DNA of 63,996 nt, filler included, from Hyphochytrium catenoides (Eukaryota; Protista; Hyphochytriomycota): the NCBI GenBank assembly GCA_900088475.1. It is 7 parts of 7 records of this genome, joined end to end, with 100 filler letters (N's around TTAATTAATTAA, not from the genome) between each part and the next. Parts side by side here need not be neighbours in the genome. Positions count along the whole stretch, not along the records: positions 61,784 to 63,996 come from FLMG01001751.1; 6 more parts are not named here. One strand, given 5' to 3'. Positions within the stretch are counted from its first letter, which is position 1. Each line of letters starts with the position of its first letter. The position numbers were made by a program, and so were the translations under genes. The notes under the pieces were generated by a model. The model was not told the origin of the DNA and ran no database searches. It saw only the letters and a list, made by a program, of their open reading frames with translations. Below, piece by piece: positions 62,258 to 63,996 of this stretch.

Positions 62258-63106
62258 ATGGCAGCAGTAATCCACCTCTATACAAGCAAGAGACTGACGG
62301 CGAAACTGGCGCAGGCTACCGAGACTCCCGAAAGCACCACTGCAGTGACAAGTCTGATCATGGGCCCAAATCAGAGACGCCGTCGCCGCAGTCCATCATC
62401 TCTCCTAAACAACCTGCCGGAGGCCATACGGCATACGGCTTCCCCATCAAAACGTCCCGCGACGGGCCCTGGAAGCTACTCGCCAACAAATAGCAACGAA
62501 GTAGCGCAGAATGGAAGAAGAAAAGAGCGGTTGGAAGTGGAAGATGACGACTGGTTTCTCGACCCTATCACTTACGAGGTTATGATAGATCCTGTCAAGT
62601 GCAATGACGGATACACCTACAACCGCTGGACTATTGTCGACAATCGGCTCTCTGTTAGTCCCTTCACGAAGCAGGATCCCCTACTCATACTCTGCGATGA
62701 CATCTCTGTCCGCGGGCGGCTCTTTCGCAGATTTCCAGGCCAAGAGAAGCATTATAGAGAACGCAGGATCGACTATAGAAACGAGGGAATCAAAGCATAC
62801 AAGGCAGGTCACCATACGCACACCACGCTCTATCGGCTTCAGAATATCCTGCTTTACGCTCCGCAAGACGAATTCTGCCGGGAAGCGGCTAAGCAGTTAG
62901 AAGGAAAGTTGTCGGGAGACAGCAGAGATAGAGTGCACGACGCAGGGTGGAGACAACATGATCATCATCACGAAGAACGAGGAGTCACGGCAGATGAAGG
63001 AGGACCCGTTGTGCCTCAGACTGCAAGCACCGTGCAGTCCATTTTTCTGGATCAGGTATTGGCATATGCTCCTGGGAGGTTCAACTTCAGCCTTGGATTG
63101 CCGTGA
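62258..63106 (+). CDS. U-box domain protein (E3 ubiquitin ligase-like) with TPR-like helix pair
   Basis: WFLDPITYEVMIDPVKCNDGYTYNRWTI...SPFT, followed by YRNEGIKAYKAG...ILLYAPQD. Confidence 0.8.
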   Translation: MAAVIHLYTSKRLTAKLAQATETPESTTAVTSLIMGPNQRRRRRSPSSLLNNLPEAIRHTASPSKRPATGPGSYSPTNSNEVAQNGRRKERLEVEDDDWFLDPITYEVMIDPVKCNDGYTYNRWTIVDNRLSVSPFTKQDPLLILCDDISVRGRLFRRFPGQEKHYRERRIDYRNEGIKAYKAGHHTHTTLYRLQNILLYAPQDEFCREAAKQLEGKLSGDSRDRVHDAGWRQHDHHHEERGVTADEGGPVVPQTASTVQSIFLDQVLAYAPGRFNFSLGLP

Positions 63107-63996
63107 TGGCAGCAGGACACCTCATCGCCTGTACATCTGATGTAGTCGCCCGCAGGGCTACTGATCCGAGAAGATCTCATCATCCAAAGAGTCCATCTTG
63201 TCCACCTCGCTTATTTGTGATCCAGGCTCTAGTTCTATCTACGTCTGATATGGTCGTCTCTTCTAAGACGACGAGCTACTTGTCTGGACAACAGGAGCTA
63301 TGCGTAGGCCAGCCAACAAGGGAATGGAAATACCTGTGGAATCAACTATTGGACACTTCTTTCATCGCTAAGACTATTGGCCAGGGAGAGGCATCTGTGT
63401 GTGTCGCCTAGCGGTTTCGATACGTATTATGTGTCACAGGTCCATCTTACATCTGCGGTGCTGGTAGAGGTCCCAAGCTCTCTCCTGTTATAGAACAATG
63501 ACCACCTGCCGTGTGAGGAGCTGGCCACCTTGCACCACGCCACTTGACAGAGATAGCCATAGCCGACCCTCCGACCGAGGAGCGGCGCACTGGCTGCTGC
63601 TGTTAACTAATAAAGAAAGGCTACTAGCTGTTCACTTTTATATAATAAATCCAAAGGACATCCTACGCGAGAGACATCATCAGAACTCTGTCGCCAGATT
63701 GCCCTCCTTTGGACCGGAGAGCCGAGATTAACAGTCCTAACAAGTGTAGATCCTATATAATCATGAGGCTTCCCGAGAATAACCGCCACGGTACCGAAAA
63801 CGAGACAATGAAACGCCGTTGTTAGGTTGGGGGGACATCCTGTCTGTTGTCCCATCCTCTTCATCACACGGATGACTCTCCTCCTCCGTCCTCCTGCTGC
63901 TGTTGCCGCTGCTGCTGCCGCTGCTGTTGGTCGGCTTACCGCTCCAGCATTGCGCTCGATTCTCTTTCCTTTTCCTGGTTTTCCCTCTCTCTCTCT

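Noticed and set aside
1-63996. tRNA, rRNA, snRNA genes and telomeric arrays
   Set aside because: No convincing cloverleaf, conserved rRNA/snRNA motif or telomere repeat tract was seen by eye. tRNAscan-SE and Infernal would be needed to exclude them.

Overview
Eukaryotic (intron-rich, standard genetic code, GT-AG introns) genomic DNA, probably from a stramenopile-like protist, judged from oomycete-type gene families (inference). The window is not contiguous. Six identical 100-nt artificial spacers (44N-TTAATTAATTAA-44N) join seven contigs: 1-6586, 6687-8841, 8942-10678, 10779-41516, 41617-45218, 45319-61683 and 61784-63996. Well-supported genes are DNAJC17-type J+RRM protein, TFIIS, 12-exon fimbrin/plastin, a trypsin-like protease, a DUF1275 membrane protein, an oomycete-type GT-B glycosyltransferase, an intronless alginate-lyase-family enzyme, a U-box protein, a HAD phosphatase C-terminus and a nicotinamidase pseudogene. 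Mobile-element debris includes a Helitron-like contig (RPA70-like OB folds, 23-aa STPR-like repeats, a thrice-repeated hairpin module), a tandem-OTU plus homeodomain-like gene, a LINE ORF1-like remnant and a possible MULE-like remnant. The most novel candidate is a spliced gene joining an uncharacterised hydrophobic-hairpin domain, a ricin-B lectin and a C-terminal TM anchor. Also notable are a cluster of five GTAGAACTAC sites upstream of the alginate lyase and an intronless ORF with primase-like motifs. All family calls come from motif recognition by eye; no searches were run.
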